64,000 nt of DNA, from the NCBI GenBank assembly GCA_038228545.1, contig JBBRPE010000001.1:46924-110923 (forward strand). The letters run 5' to 3'. Each line of letters opens with the position of its first letter. Position 1 is the stretch's first letter. Under the pieces are notes generated by a model. It searched no databases. It was not told where the DNA came from and saw only the letters and a program-made list of their open reading frames with translations. Below, piece by piece: positions 47,769 through 61,346 of this stretch. Source of the stretch: Minisyncoccia bacterium. GTDB lineage: Bacteria > Patescibacteriota > Minisyncoccia > Phycocordibacterales > Phycocordibacteraceae. The translations under genes were made by a program, and so were the position numbers.

Positions 47769-48764
47769 TTACGCCAGTAGTTGGGTAACGAGTGCGACCA
47801 TTTGGTCTTTCTTCTTCGGATTGCTTTCCGCAATAAGAAGTGTGAGCGCTGTAAGTGATGCCGGGTTTATGTTCCGGCCACCCTTCACTTTTGCCTTACG
47901 TAGAAACCAGACAAAGGCAAAAGCACCCGACCGTTTATTGCCGTCGGTAAATGGATGGTTCTTCACCATGAAATAGAGCAGATGCGCCGCTTTTTCCTCC
48001 GCAGTAGCGTATACGGGTTTCCCGCCAAATGACTGCATGACATTACCGACGATACCTTCGACGTTTCCTTCGCTACGTTCCTGGGCAAAAATATCGGTCG
48101 CTTCGCCCTTGTCGATAAGCTCGCTGCGCAAATGTACGATTGCATCTTTGAGCTCCGTACCCGAAAGCTTAATCGCTTTCTTGCTGGTACCGACTGCTTT
48201 CAGTGTTTCCTTGTCGTACGCATCGAGCGAAATCCACGTGCTAGAAAATTCCTTCACGAGCTCAAGGATACTCTTCGGATCAAGTGCAACATGTTCCGGT
48301 AAGAGTGCCTGGATATCGGCAACTGCCTTCATAAAGGCGTCGTAGTTCTTCCCTACCTGCTTGCGGTTTATCGTATAACCCTTGGTGATATGCTCCCGCA
48401 AGGTCTTAGTCGCCCAGACGCGGAAATTCGTACCAGTTACAGAACTAACTCGATACCCTACAGCAATGAGTACGTCCAGATTATAAAGTTTAACGTTTCT
48501 TGTGACCTGCCTTTTTCCCTCTTTCTGAACTTGTAAGAAATCCTTACAAGTTCCTTTTTGATTCAGCTCCTTATCCTTATAGATATTTCTCAAGTGTTGA
48601 GTGATGTTTTGTGGGGTTACGTCGAACATGGCCGCGATTTCCGCTTGAGTAGCCCACAGAGTTTCATGCGAAAAGTCACCCCGTAGTTCGAGGGCTCCGT
48701 TTTTCGCTTGATATATGACAACGCCCGCTTTCTTACCGTTCGACTTCATATTCCATTTTATCAC
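47769..48764 (-). CDS. Fic/Doc-family protein with N-terminal RhuM-like domain
   Basis: Doc-type motif HPFTDGNKRSGAFA near the C-terminus. The N-terminal ~200 aa resemble RhuM-family virulence/DNA-binding proteins. Confidence 0.7.
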   Translation of the reverse strand: MIKWNMKSNGKKAGVVIYQAKNGALELRGDFSHETLWATQAEIAAMFDVTPQNITQHLRNIYKDKELNQKGTCKDFLQVQKEGKRQVTRNVKLYNLDVLIAVGYRVSSVTGTNFRVWATKTLREHITKGYTINRKQVGKNYDAFMKAVADIQALLPEHVALDPKSILELVKEFSSTWISLDAYDKETLKAVGTSKKAIKLSGTELKDAIVHLRSELIDKGEATDIFAQERSEGNVEGIVGNVMQSFGGKPVYATAEEKAAHLLYFMVKNHPFTDGNKRSGAFAFVWFLRKAKVKGGRNINPASLTALTLLIAESNPKKKDQMVALVTQLLA

Positions 48765-48835
48765 GCAAGCCAGAGACCGTGGACCAAGAGTCTGCAGTCT
48801 CTTTTATATAAAATCGGATCTCACTCCATAACCCG

Positions 48836-49465
48836 TTAGGAGAGATCGACGATAATTTCGTTACGCTTCATATAGGGTGCGGTCCAGGGTGGGTTGTAGC
48901 CCGCGCTTCGCGCGGGCCCGCTCGTAGCGCGATTGTCTCGCTTCAAGAGCGCGAGAAGCTGTGCTTTCTTTGCTTCAACGCGCGCCGAGGTGTTATTCCA
49001 CGAGTAGCGTAGGACAGCGCTCTTGTGAGCAGGCACTTCGACAAATTCTATTTCTTTACTATTCGGCACCGGAAGCGTTTCGAGCGTGTACTCCGCAGGC
49101 ATGATGAACGAGATAACACGCTCGCCTGATGCCGTGAGCGTATCTATGACTGGCGCGGTCATAGCAATAGACTCGGACTTTGCTTGTTCCACCACCGGAG
49201 CGGTCATGGCGATGGACTTCTTCGATACATTTCCTCCGAAAATGTATCCGGCAAGGATACGGAACCCCTTTCCTATCGCTTCGCGATAATCACCCGTTAC
49301 TGTGACTCTCGCTTCAATATACGGTGCGTATTCTCGCACCGTATAACCGTCCTTCTTTTCAAGTACGGTAAATTTAGGTTCCTTCACGCGTGACGACAGC
49401 ACGCTGATAATGGCCCACACAACGAGCACACCCACGACACCAAGCACAAAGAGAATGATTTGCAT
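48836..49465 (-). CDS. SOUL/HBP heme-binding family protein, membrane-anchored
   Basis: Duplicated SIAMTAPV motifs; YTVREY...FRILAGYIFGGN. Confidence 0.75.
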   Translation of the reverse strand: MQIILFVLGVVGVLVVWAIISVLSSRVKEPKFTVLEKKDGYTVREYAPYIEARVTVTGDYREAIGKGFRILAGYIFGGNVSKKSIAMTAPVVEQAKSESIAMTAPVIDTLTASGERVISFIMPAEYTLETLPVPNSKEIEFVEVPAHKSAVLRYSWNNTSARVEAKKAQLLALLKRDNRATSGPARSAGYNPPWTAPYMKRNEIIVDLS

Positions 49466-49614
49466 CCTCTCATTCTACCAAATCAAATTTTTTAGAAGTC
49501 GTGACTGACCCATTTTGCGTTTATCGATTTGACTTTCATTATTTATAATGTATTATTAAACAGGACTGCGGTTTTACCCCTGCCGTTAAGTGGGGCTATC
49601 GAAAGGAATTTGTC

Positions 49615-50142
49615 ATGAGCTATGGAGAATACGAAGCTGCCAAGAAGCGGCTTTGGAACGACCTACTCCTCAAAACCTACGGCACGACCGACCTGCGCGA
49701 CCAGGAGCACATGCAGCCCGATCCCGAGGCGCACGCATTCTTCGCAATCGTCGATGCGGCATTCACGCCGTGCGACAAGATGCAGGGCTGCGTTCCCGTC
49801 TCGCGTGAGCTGGTGCAATACTTGGCTGGATGGGCTCGCGACTTCTCTCGAGGCTGGGAGCAGCGCGGCGGCCCATTCGATACGCCTCGTCACAACCACT
49901 TTGTCAGCCGCGCATTCAACGGCTTCTACGAGACTCTGACGAGGGCCGTGAAGCACGGCGAGCTCCGCGACTACGGCCAAGACCGCACCATGTACGGCGG
50001 TCTGACGCTTCCCCAGTGGTTCATCAGCCAATGCATTGATGAGCTCCACGAAGAAGCTCTGCACTGCAACAAGCTGTGGGATGAGAGCGAGAATTGGCAC
50101 GAAACACTTCGCGCGCCCACCTCAACCTCCTTCCTCGAATAA
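49615..50142 (+). CDS. hypothetical protein, GC3-rich ORFan
   Basis: aaagga RBS. ~60% GC. No recognisable family. Confidence 0.45.
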   Translation: MSYGEYEAAKKRLWNDLLLKTYGTTDLRDQEHMQPDPEAHAFFAIVDAAFTPCDKMQGCVPVSRELVQYLAGWARDFSRGWEQRGGPFDTPRHNHFVSRAFNGFYETLTRAVKHGELRDYGQDRTMYGGLTLPQWFISQCIDELHEEALHCNKLWDESENWHETLRAPTSTSFLE

Positions 50143-50167
50143 AGTACGCAAGACACACAAGCGTTCA

Positions 50168-50205
50168 CGGCCGCCCCTTCCACAAGGGCGGCCGTTTTGT
50201 TTACT
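50168..50205 (+). terminator. intrinsic terminator
   Basis: cggccgccc-cttccacaa-gggcggccg followed by ttttgttt. Confidence 0.65.
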
Positions 50206-50232
50206 TTTCAGCACTAAGCCCGGAAAAGTGCC

Positions 50233-50323
50233 TTAGATACGAGGCGCGGGAAGAGCGGGGCCTGAGGCGTATATGTGATACGACGAACGGGCCCGCGAGG
50301 GACCCGTAACGACGTAGATGAGG
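50233..50323 (+). repeat. 88-nt structured interspersed element, copy D
   Basis: ttagatacgaggcgcggg...aggcgtatatgtgatacg...gggacccgtaacgacgtagatgagg. Confidence 0.7.
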
Positions 50324-50340
50324 TGCTTTTGCAGAAAAAA

Positions 50341-51672
50341 TTAGTAACTCTTGAGTCTTCGTGACTTCTCATGAGTTCTAATTTTTTCGAGGGCTTTCGC
50401 CTCGATTTGGCGAATACGTTCGCGGGTCACTCCAAACTCCTTCCCCACCTCCTCCAACGTATGGTACACACCATCCAAAAGCCCATGACGCATTTCAAGA
50501 ATCTTGCGCTCCTTCGGACTGAGGTCGTCGAGGATGTCGCGAACCTGTTCACCCAAGATGCGCTCGGATGATTCCTGAATTGGCGACGGAATCTTATCGT
50601 CTGCAATAAAGTCACCGAGTGTGGACTTCTCATCGTCATCCGAACCAATAGGGTTCTCGAGTGAGAGTGTGTCCTGATTGATTTTCTCAATCTGGTAAAT
50701 CTTATCTACCTCGACACCCATCTCTACGGCAATTTCTTCCGGCTGTGGATCGCGGCCGAGCGCTTGCGCGAGGCGACGAGATATCTGCTTGTACTTCGCA
50801 ATGGTTTCCACCATGTGCACCGGGATGCGTATGGTGCGGGACTGGTCTGCGAGTGCACGCGTAATAGCCTGGCGAATCCACCACGTAGCGTAGGTTGAGA
50901 ACTTGTAACCCTTCTTCCAATCGAACTTATCAACGGCCTTAAAGAGACCGAGGTTTCCTTCCTGAATGAGGTCGAGGAGCGTGAGGTCAGGACTACGGCC
51001 CACATACTTCTTGGCGATAGAGACCACGAGGCGGAGGTTACTACGTGCAAGAATGTTGCGAGCTTCATCGTCTCCAGCATCAATACGCTTCGCGAGCTCG
51101 CGTTCTTCAGACGCAGTTAGAAGCGGGTACTGGCCTATTTCGCGGAGGTAAATCTGGATGCTGTCGTAACCGGACGACTCACGACCCTTGATGTTGCGGG
51201 TAGCGAGATACTGGTCGGCATTGTCTTCGAGCATGCCGCCTTCGAGGATATCTATACCAGCGACTGAGAAACGCTCGTAGAGCTCGTCGAGGAATGCAAC
51301 GTCGTCTTCGACGGTTGGGAATTCCTTTAGAATTTCGCTGTAGGTAATGTAACCACGGGTCTTTCCCTTCTCGATAAGAAGCTCGGCCTTGTCTGCCTTT
51401 GCTCCGGCCGACTTTGCCTTCGCACCCTTTACGGCAGCACGCACCACGTCCTTAGCGCTTACTTTTTCTTTTGCTTTTGCTACTTTCTTTGGTGCGGCCT
51501 TCTTGGCGACCGGCTTCTTTGCCTTTGCTTTTTTAACTACTTTCTTTGGTGCCTTCACTTTCTTTACCGGCTTCTTTGCGGCCTTAGCAGGCTTCGCCTT
51601 TGCGGCCTTTTTTACCACCTTCTTAGAGGCAGGCTTTTTGACCGTCTTCTTGGGAGATTTCTTGGTGGCCAT
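50341..51672 (-). CDS. rpoD: RNA polymerase sigma factor RpoD with Lys/Ala-rich N-terminal extension
   Basis: Regions 1.2-4 ([21 protein letters not shown], region 4 HTH), preceded by ~75 aa of KKxAKK repeats. Confidence 0.9.
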   Translation of the reverse strand: MATKKSPKKTVKKPASKKVVKKAAKAKPAKAAKKPVKKVKAPKKVVKKAKAKKPVAKKAAPKKVAKAKEKVSAKDVVRAAVKGAKAKSAGAKADKAELLIEKGKTRGYITYSEILKEFPTVEDDVAFLDELYERFSVAGIDILEGGMLEDNADQYLATRNIKGRESSGYDSIQIYLREIGQYPLLTASEERELAKRIDAGDDEARNILARSNLRLVVSIAKKYVGRSPDLTLLDLIQEGNLGLFKAVDKFDWKKGYKFSTYATWWIRQAITRALADQSRTIRIPVHMVETIAKYKQISRRLAQALGRDPQPEEIAVEMGVEVDKIYQIEKINQDTLSLENPIGSDDDEKSTLGDFIADDKIPSPIQESSERILGEQVRDILDDLSPKERKILEMRHGLLDGVYHTLEEVGKEFGVTRERIRQIEAKALEKIRTHEKSRRLKSY

Positions 51673-51720
51673 AGTACATAGAATTACGAATACTAAATAG
51701 GTGGTGAACGAGTGAAAGTT

Positions 51721-53418
51721 CTACCCGATGGCGGAGAGACGCACGCCGAGTTCGGTGCATTCCTCTATCGCCTTTCCGATTTCTTCTGTGTTTCCGGAAG
51801 CTTCTGCCAATCGCAGGCGCGTAGTCGCCGTGGCAAGCTCGTCCGTAAGCACTATTTTCTCAAACGCATGTAGCAGATCGTCTGCAGCAGTTTCTATAGG
51901 CGACTCCCCATAGGCAAGTCCCGCCTCAAATAGCCAGCGTTCATCCGGTACAAGGTCCGGGAACGGTGCGCCGTTGATGCGATTATACTCAGTTTCTATG
52001 CGCTTCGCAAGGTCACTGTCCGTGTAGGTGGCCCAGACAGCATGCAAGAGCGAAGTGCGATGCTCTCGCGAGGATTGATACTTTCCTGGTATTGATACGC
52101 CGGGAACACGTGCAGAAATTGCATCTATCGCCGGGTTCGACTGACTTCCTGGGCGCGGCATAGACGCGCGCACGGCGTCGGGCGTTGAGCCAAGCGCACG
52201 GGCGACAACCCCGATGAAATGCTCCCGCTCCATAGGACTCTGAACTGCCGCAACAAGCGGCATGACTATCTTCTCTGTGGAAAGCACCATCTGATGTTGC
52301 TCAAGCTTTGCGCCACTGAGGACCGCGAGGAAAAATTCCACGATGGTCTGCGCGTCGGCAACGAGATTGGTGAATGCTTTACTATCTTCCTTGGCCATGT
52401 CGGCCGGGTCTTTGCCAGCAGGCATCTTCACCGCCTTCACCTTCATACCCCCCGCAAGCGCGATGAGTGCAGACTTCTGTGTAGCGGCGAGACCTGCCCT
52501 ATCGCTATCAAGTGCAAACATGAGATTGTCGGCGTAACGCTTCATGAGCGAGAGATGCTCCTTGGAAAGCGCCGTACCGGAAAGAGCGACGGTGTTATTA
52601 AATCCAATCTGATGGAGCAAGAGCAAATCCATCTGACCTTCGACCAAAATAGTGAAGCTGCGCACCCGAATAGCATCCTTTGCCTTATCCATGCCGAAGA
52701 GCACTTCGTGCTTGTGGTAGAGCTCTGTCTCCGGACTATTCAAATACTTGGCAAGGTCGTCTGCAGAGAGAGCGCGACCCGTAAACGCGACGGTGCGTCC
52801 AGCGGAATCACGAATAGGAAACATCAGGCGATTGCGGAAACGGTCATACCACGTGCCCGGCTTCCCTTCTGCTTCCTTAATAAGACCAGCTTCCAAAAGT
52901 TCCTTCTGTGAGAATCCCTCCGCAGTGAGCGCATCGAGAAGCTCACGCCAATTGTCTGGAGCAAACCCTATGTTCCAGTTCTTAATCGTCTCTTTCGTAA
53001 GACCACGAGAGAGTGCGTATTCGTATGCAGGGCTTGCCTCAGTTAGAGTACGCATGTAGAACGCCTCGGCGTGCGACATCGCTTCACGCAATCTATCGAG
53101 CTTGCCTTTGCTCTCGCTCGCCTTCGGGTCGTAGACCAATTCCACACCAGCTTTGTCGGCAAGTATTTTAAGAGCTCCTTTGAAATCCACACCTTCGATA
53201 GTTTCAATAAAGGAGAACATGTCGCCACCCTGCGACGAGGAGAAGCAGTAGTAGCTACCGCGGTCAACGTTCACATAGAACGACGGGGTTTTTTCTTTAT
53301 TGAAGGGAGACAGGCCACGCCAATATTTGCCCGCCTTTGTGAGCTTCACGTAGGGCGAAATCACGTCCACGATGGAGAGTTTCCCTTTTATCTTTTCTAC
53401 CGAATCTCCGCCTGCCAT
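51721..53418 (-). CDS. dnaG: DNA primase
   Basis: CHC2 zinc finger (CFSSSQGGD), TOPRIM (EGQMDLL...DSDRAG). Confidence 0.9.
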   Translation of the reverse strand: MAGGDSVEKIKGKLSIVDVISPYVKLTKAGKYWRGLSPFNKEKTPSFYVNVDRGSYYCFSSSQGGDMFSFIETIEGVDFKGALKILADKAGVELVYDPKASESKGKLDRLREAMSHAEAFYMRTLTEASPAYEYALSRGLTKETIKNWNIGFAPDNWRELLDALTAEGFSQKELLEAGLIKEAEGKPGTWYDRFRNRLMFPIRDSAGRTVAFTGRALSADDLAKYLNSPETELYHKHEVLFGMDKAKDAIRVRSFTILVEGQMDLLLLHQIGFNNTVALSGTALSKEHLSLMKRYADNLMFALDSDRAGLAATQKSALIALAGGMKVKAVKMPAGKDPADMAKEDSKAFTNLVADAQTIVEFFLAVLSGAKLEQHQMVLSTEKIVMPLVAAVQSPMEREHFIGVVARALGSTPDAVRASMPRPGSQSNPAIDAISARVPGVSIPGKYQSSREHRTSLLHAVWATYTDSDLAKRIETEYNRINGAPFPDLVPDERWLFEAGLAYGESPIETAADDLLHAFEKIVLTDELATATTRLRLAEASGNTEEIGKAIEECTELGVRLSAIG

Positions 53419-53597
53419 GGCTTCATTTTACGACGTATTTAAGATATGTGCTCATGGCACCAAATACGCGCCGCCTCGACTTTCGTCGAGGCGGGTTCGT
53501 CAGGATGACGCTTTAAAGCTTGGGGTCGGTGAGTTGCTGGCGCATCCGCGGATCGAGCGGACGGCCTAGGACTTCTTCGAGCTTGTTGGCGTCCACC

Positions 53598-53852
53598 TCA
53601 GACAGAGGCGGTGCCTCGAGCTTTTAAGCCTTGACGCCGGTAGGACCGGCGTACGGAGACATTACGGCGCCACGCGAGGTTGGCGTTATACCAAGGACGC
53701 ATGAAGCGCGGCAGCATCATGTAGAACAGCATGTCCGTCTCGAGCGCGGACGACCAGGGATTGCGTGGGATGTAGACCCACTGCCACGCCCGGAAGTAGA
53801 ACGAGAGACTGGAACCGATCACGAGACCGATAATGAAGAACAAAATGAGCAT
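53598..53852 (-). CDS. small membrane protein, GC-rich ORFan
   Basis: aggagg RBS 9 nt upstream. N-terminal TM and basic tail. Confidence 0.4.
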   Translation of the reverse strand: MLILFFIIGLVIGSSLSFYFRAWQWVYIPRNPWSSALETDMLFYMMLPRFMRPWYNANLAWRRNVSVRRSYRRQGLKARGTASV

Positions 53853-53881
53853 GGGCAGGGCCCTCCTTCCCCGCTACCATA

Positions 53882-53918
53882 GCACAAAACCCCGCGCCAG
53901 AGGCGCGGGGTTTTGTGC
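53882..53918. terminator. bidirectional intrinsic terminator downstream of rpoC
   Basis: gcacaaaaccccgcgcc-aga-ggcgcggggttttgtgc. Confidence 0.65.
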
Positions 53919-53941
53919 TTTCTTCGAAAGCGGAGCGAGAG

Positions 53942-54015
53942 TATTCCGAATTGGAAGACTCAAGCGAAGTGCAGTGGAGCGTTAGCGAAACGAAACGGGC
54001 TTCCAATTCGGAAAC
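53942..54015. repeat. 14-bp inverted repeat (ttccgaattggaag ... cttccaattcggaa) with ~43-nt spacer, immediately after the rpoC stop
   Basis: Perfect inverted repeat arms read directly from the sequence. Confidence 0.6.
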
Positions 54016-54027
54016 TCGAGCGCAGCT

Positions 54028-57789
<3,762 letters not shown>

Positions 57790-57800
57790 AAAGAATTAGA

Positions 57801-59975
57801 TTACGCTTCCGTTTCTATCTCGATGTCGAGAGGCTCGATATCAAGCGCGAGACCACGGATCTGGTTAGTAAGCACCGAGAAGGACGCCGGTGTGCCTGCG
57901 TGAGACACTGGCTCGTTCTTAACGATGGCATCGAAGGTCGCGGAGCGGCCGGTGATGTCGTCTGACTTGATGGTGAGCATCTCGCGGAGCGTATATGCCG
58001 AACCGTAGCCGAGAAGCGCCCACACTTCCATTTCTCCGAAGCGCTGACCGCCGTTCTGCGCCTTACCTCCAAGCGGCTGCTGGGTGATGAGTGAGTACGG
58101 ACCGATAGAGCGCATGTGAATCTTGTCTTCCACCATGTGATGGAGTTTCAAGATGTACATGTAACCAACGGATACGGGCTGTGCAAACGCGGCACCAGTG
58201 TGACCGTCGTAGAGCTGCATCTTGCCCGAGCGAGCAAAGCCTGCGGCTTCGAGCTCGTCGCGGATTTCGTCTGCAGTCGCTCCTGCAAACGGAGGCACGA
58301 TAGCCTGGTAGCCGAGCGTATGCGCAGCAAGACCAAGGTGAAGCTCAAGAATCTGACCAAGGTTCATACGGGACGGGACACCGAGTGGTGTGAGAATCAC
58401 ATCTACCGGATTTCCGTTCTCGTCGTATGGCATGTCTTCAGCTGGAAGCACACGGGAGATAACACCCTTGTTTCCGTGACGGCCGGCGAGCTTGTCACCC
58501 ACCGATACGTTACGAACCTGCGCGACCGTAACAACAATCTTCTTGATGATGCCGGTCTCGAGTTGGTCGCCCTTCTCGCGTGAGAAGACACGAACACCGA
58601 TAACGCGACCGCGCTTGCCTCCTTCCATGCGAAGTGAGGTGTCCTTCACGTCCTTTGCCTTGTCTCCGAAGATGGAACGAAGAAGGCGCTCTTCCGGCGT
58701 CAGCTGGGTCTCACCCTTCGGCGTTACCTTACCGACGAGAATGTCTCCTGGACGAACTTCAGCACCGATGCGCACGACACCTTCCTCATCGAGGTTCTTA
58801 AGGCGGAGCTCACCGACGTTTGGAATGTCGTGGGTCGTCACTTCCGGTCCGAGCTTGGTGTCGCGAACGGCACACTCGAAGTCCTCGATGTGAACGGTAG
58901 TAAATTTGGATTCCTGAACGAGGCGCTCAGAAATGATGATTGCGTCCTCGTAGTTTGCACCGTTCCACGACATGAAGGCGACGCGTACGTTCTGTCCGAG
59001 TGCCATCTGGCCCTGGTCGGAAGACGAAGCGTCAGCGAGGATGTCGCCCTTCTTGACCTTGTCGCCAGTGTTAACTATCGGGCGCTGATTGAATGCTGAG
59101 TTCTGGTTTGTCTGAGTAAGTCCCTGAAGTTTATACTCGTGTGGCTTGTCCTTCGTCCCCTTAACGACAATCTTGCGAGCGTCAGCGTACGTGACTTCAC
59201 CTGATTCAAGAGCGATAACGAGGCGGCCAGTGTTGCGAGCGGCGTGCTCTTCAATGCCGGTTGCAACAAGTGGTGCCTCAGGAATGAGGACCGGTGTTGC
59301 CTGCTTCTGCATGTTTGAACCCATGAGTGCACGGTTGGACTCGTCGTGATCCATGAATGGAATCATTGCGGTTGCAGCGGAGAACATCTGGTAGGTCGAT
59401 GCGTCCATGAGTGTAATCTCCTCACGAGTAACGACCGCAGGCTCACCACCCTTACGGACTTCAATCTGGTCAGGAATGATGTGACCCTTCGCGTCTACGG
59501 GAGTAGCAGCATGCGCAATAGCGTGACCTTCTTCCTCGAGAGCGTTGTAATACTTCACCTCGTCGGTGACAACACCCTTCTTCACGGTTGCGTATGGCGT
59601 CTCGATAACGCCGAACTCGTTCGTGCGCGCATGAAGCGCGAGACGAAGGATAAGTCCGATGTTCTGACCTTCCGGTGTGTGAATTGGGCAGAGGCGACCG
59701 TAATGCGATGGATGTACGTCACGCACTTCGAAGCCGGCGCGTTCACGGGTGAGACCGCCTGGGCCAAGAGCTGAGAGGGTGCGCATGTTCTCAAGCTCAG
59801 CAAGAATGTTCTGCTGGTCCATGAACTGCGAGAGCTGGTTCGCGGTATAGAACTCGCGAACACTAGCCTGGAACGGACGAGGATTCACGAATGCCATTGG
59901 AAGAGCCGTCTCTGATTCAATAGTAGACATGCGGTCCTGGATATTGCGCTTCATGCGCGACATACCAACACGCAT
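57801..59975 (-). CDS. rpoB: DNA-directed RNA polymerase subunit beta, C-terminal ~2/3 (downstream of an in-frame TAG)
   Basis: Collinear with the RpoB rifampicin-cluster region through the C-terminus (SQFMDQ...RISALGPGGL...GHKG...). Confidence 0.9.
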   Translation of the reverse strand: MRVGMSRMKRNIQDRMSTIESETALPMAFVNPRPFQASVREFYTANQLSQFMDQQNILAELENMRTLSALGPGGLTRERAGFEVRDVHPSHYGRLCPIHTPEGQNIGLILRLALHARTNEFGVIETPYATVKKGVVTDEVKYYNALEEEGHAIAHAATPVDAKGHIIPDQIEVRKGGEPAVVTREEITLMDASTYQMFSAATAMIPFMDHDESNRALMGSNMQKQATPVLIPEAPLVATGIEEHAARNTGRLVIALESGEVTYADARKIVVKGTKDKPHEYKLQGLTQTNQNSAFNQRPIVNTGDKVKKGDILADASSSDQGQMALGQNVRVAFMSWNGANYEDAIIISERLVQESKFTTVHIEDFECAVRDTKLGPEVTTHDIPNVGELRLKNLDEEGVVRIGAEVRPGDILVGKVTPKGETQLTPEERLLRSIFGDKAKDVKDTSLRMEGGKRGRVIGVRVFSREKGDQLETGIIKKIVVTVAQVRNVSVGDKLAGRHGNKGVISRVLPAEDMPYDENGNPVDVILTPLGVPSRMNLGQILELHLGLAAHTLGYQAIVPPFAGATADEIRDELEAAGFARSGKMQLYDGHTGAAFAQPVSVGYMYILKLHHMVEDKIHMRSIGPYSLITQQPLGGKAQNGGQRFGEMEVWALLGYGSAYTLREMLTIKSDDITGRSATFDAIVKNEPVSHAGTPASFSVLTNQIRGLALDIEPLDIEIETEA

Positions 59976-60041
59976 ACGAGCCTGGAGAAGCTCACCAACG
60001 AAACGAACACGACGGAAGCCGAGGTGGTCGAAGTCGACCGG

Positions 60042-60986
60042 CTATGCAGTCGGGTCAGTGTTGAGGCGAGCGATTTCTCCGACGATGCGAACGAGGTCCT
60101 CAAGGGTGAGGGTGCGGTCTTTGGCGAGGGTCTTCGGGTCGACAGCAAGACCAAAACGAGCGTTCAGGCGGTGACGTCCAACCTTAGAAAGGTCGTAGCG
60201 CTCTGGGGTGAAGAGTGCGTTTACATAGGACTTCGCGTTGTCTGGAGTTGCGAGGTCACCATCGCGCATGCGGCGGTGAATCTCAACGTATGCGTCGTCA
60301 ACGGAAGCGGCAGTGTCGTGCGCGAGTGTGGTCTCAAGAGCAGCAGTAGCGATGTCGTTACCAATGAACTTCTTAAGAATAGCTTCCTTAGTACCTGCAC
60401 CAAGAATGGTGAGAAGGTTCGTAACTGGGAACTTGCGCTTGCGGTCAATCTTTACGTAGATGGCGCCATCAGCTTCTGAATCGATTTCAATCCAAACACC
60501 GCGTGATGGGATAATCTTTGCGCCGAACATCTGGCGACCCTTCACTTCCTCAGAAATAAAGAATGCACCGAATGAGCGAGCGAGCTGCGGCACGATAGCG
60601 CGCTCAACACCCGACACAATAAATGAGCCGTGTGGGGTCATCATCGGAATGTCTGCAAGGAATATATCCTGTGTCTTCTCCGAGCCCATCGTCTTGTTAA
60701 GAAGCGTAACGGTAGCCTTAAGAGGCGCCTCGTAGGTACGCATGTTTTCGCGAGCCTCTTCTTCGGTACCCTTCGGGTCACCTATTTCGAAACCTTCGAA
60801 CTTGAGTTCGAACTTCTTGCCGGAATAATCAGGAATCGGCGAGAACTCCTTGAAGAGCTCCATGAGTCCGTCCTTCAGAAGCCAATCAAACGATTCGCGC
60901 TGGTGTCCCACGAGATCGGGGAACTCAACGAGCGGTGCACGGAAAGCTTTGAACGTCTTCTGCACAAGCGTTTTGGTTTTCGACAT
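60042..60986 (-). CDS. rpoB: DNA-directed RNA polymerase subunit beta, N-terminal ~314 aa (ends at in-frame TAG at 60042-60044)
   Basis: N-terminal RpoB (MSKTKTLVQKTFKAF...). Same reading frame as 57801..59975. Confidence 0.9.
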   Translation of the reverse strand: MSKTKTLVQKTFKAFRAPLVEFPDLVGHQRESFDWLLKDGLMELFKEFSPIPDYSGKKFELKFEGFEIGDPKGTEEEARENMRTYEAPLKATVTLLNKTMGSEKTQDIFLADIPMMTPHGSFIVSGVERAIVPQLARSFGAFFISEEVKGRQMFGAKIIPSRGVWIEIDSEADGAIYVKIDRKRKFPVTNLLTILGAGTKEAILKKFIGNDIATAALETTLAHDTAASVDDAYVEIHRRMRDGDLATPDNAKSYVNALFTPERYDLSKVGRHRLNARFGLAVDPKTLAKDRTLTLEDLVRIVGEIARLNTDPTA

Positions 60987-61269
60987 GTCGCATCAATATT
61001 TATCGTCCGAAAACAGAGACGGTGGCGGCTGGTTCTACTCGCGTCTTCATCCCACTCCCTCGTATAAGTGTGGGTAAAAACGACAATAGAACCAGTATAT
61101 ACGCCATATGGTCCGTGATAAACACGGACCAACGTCTCTCGTTAATCGAGACGCTGTTAAAATTTTCTACCCTTGTTGTACGCCCTTTTGTGCCCCTTTC
61201 CCCCGTTACACAATCTGTATATTCATAGAATACTCCGACGGTATATGCCTGTCAAACAAATGCGGGGAT

Positions 61270-61312
61270 AAAGAAAAACCCGCCGTCCTCAAGTGAGGAT
61301 GGGCGGGTTCCT
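61270..61312 (-). terminator. intrinsic terminator
   Basis: On the minus strand, cccgcc-a-tcctca-ct-tgagga-c-ggcggg followed by tttttctttatcc. Confidence 0.6.
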
Positions 61313-61346
61313 GGCCACATTACGGCCTACTTACAGGTGGAGGCAG

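Noticed and set aside
60042-60044. Genetic-code reassignment of TAG, or a genuinely split two-subunit rpoB
   Set aside because: TAG terminates several intact genes in the window. The second rpoB segment has no RBS or start, and its first 22 codons are conserved RpoB sequence.
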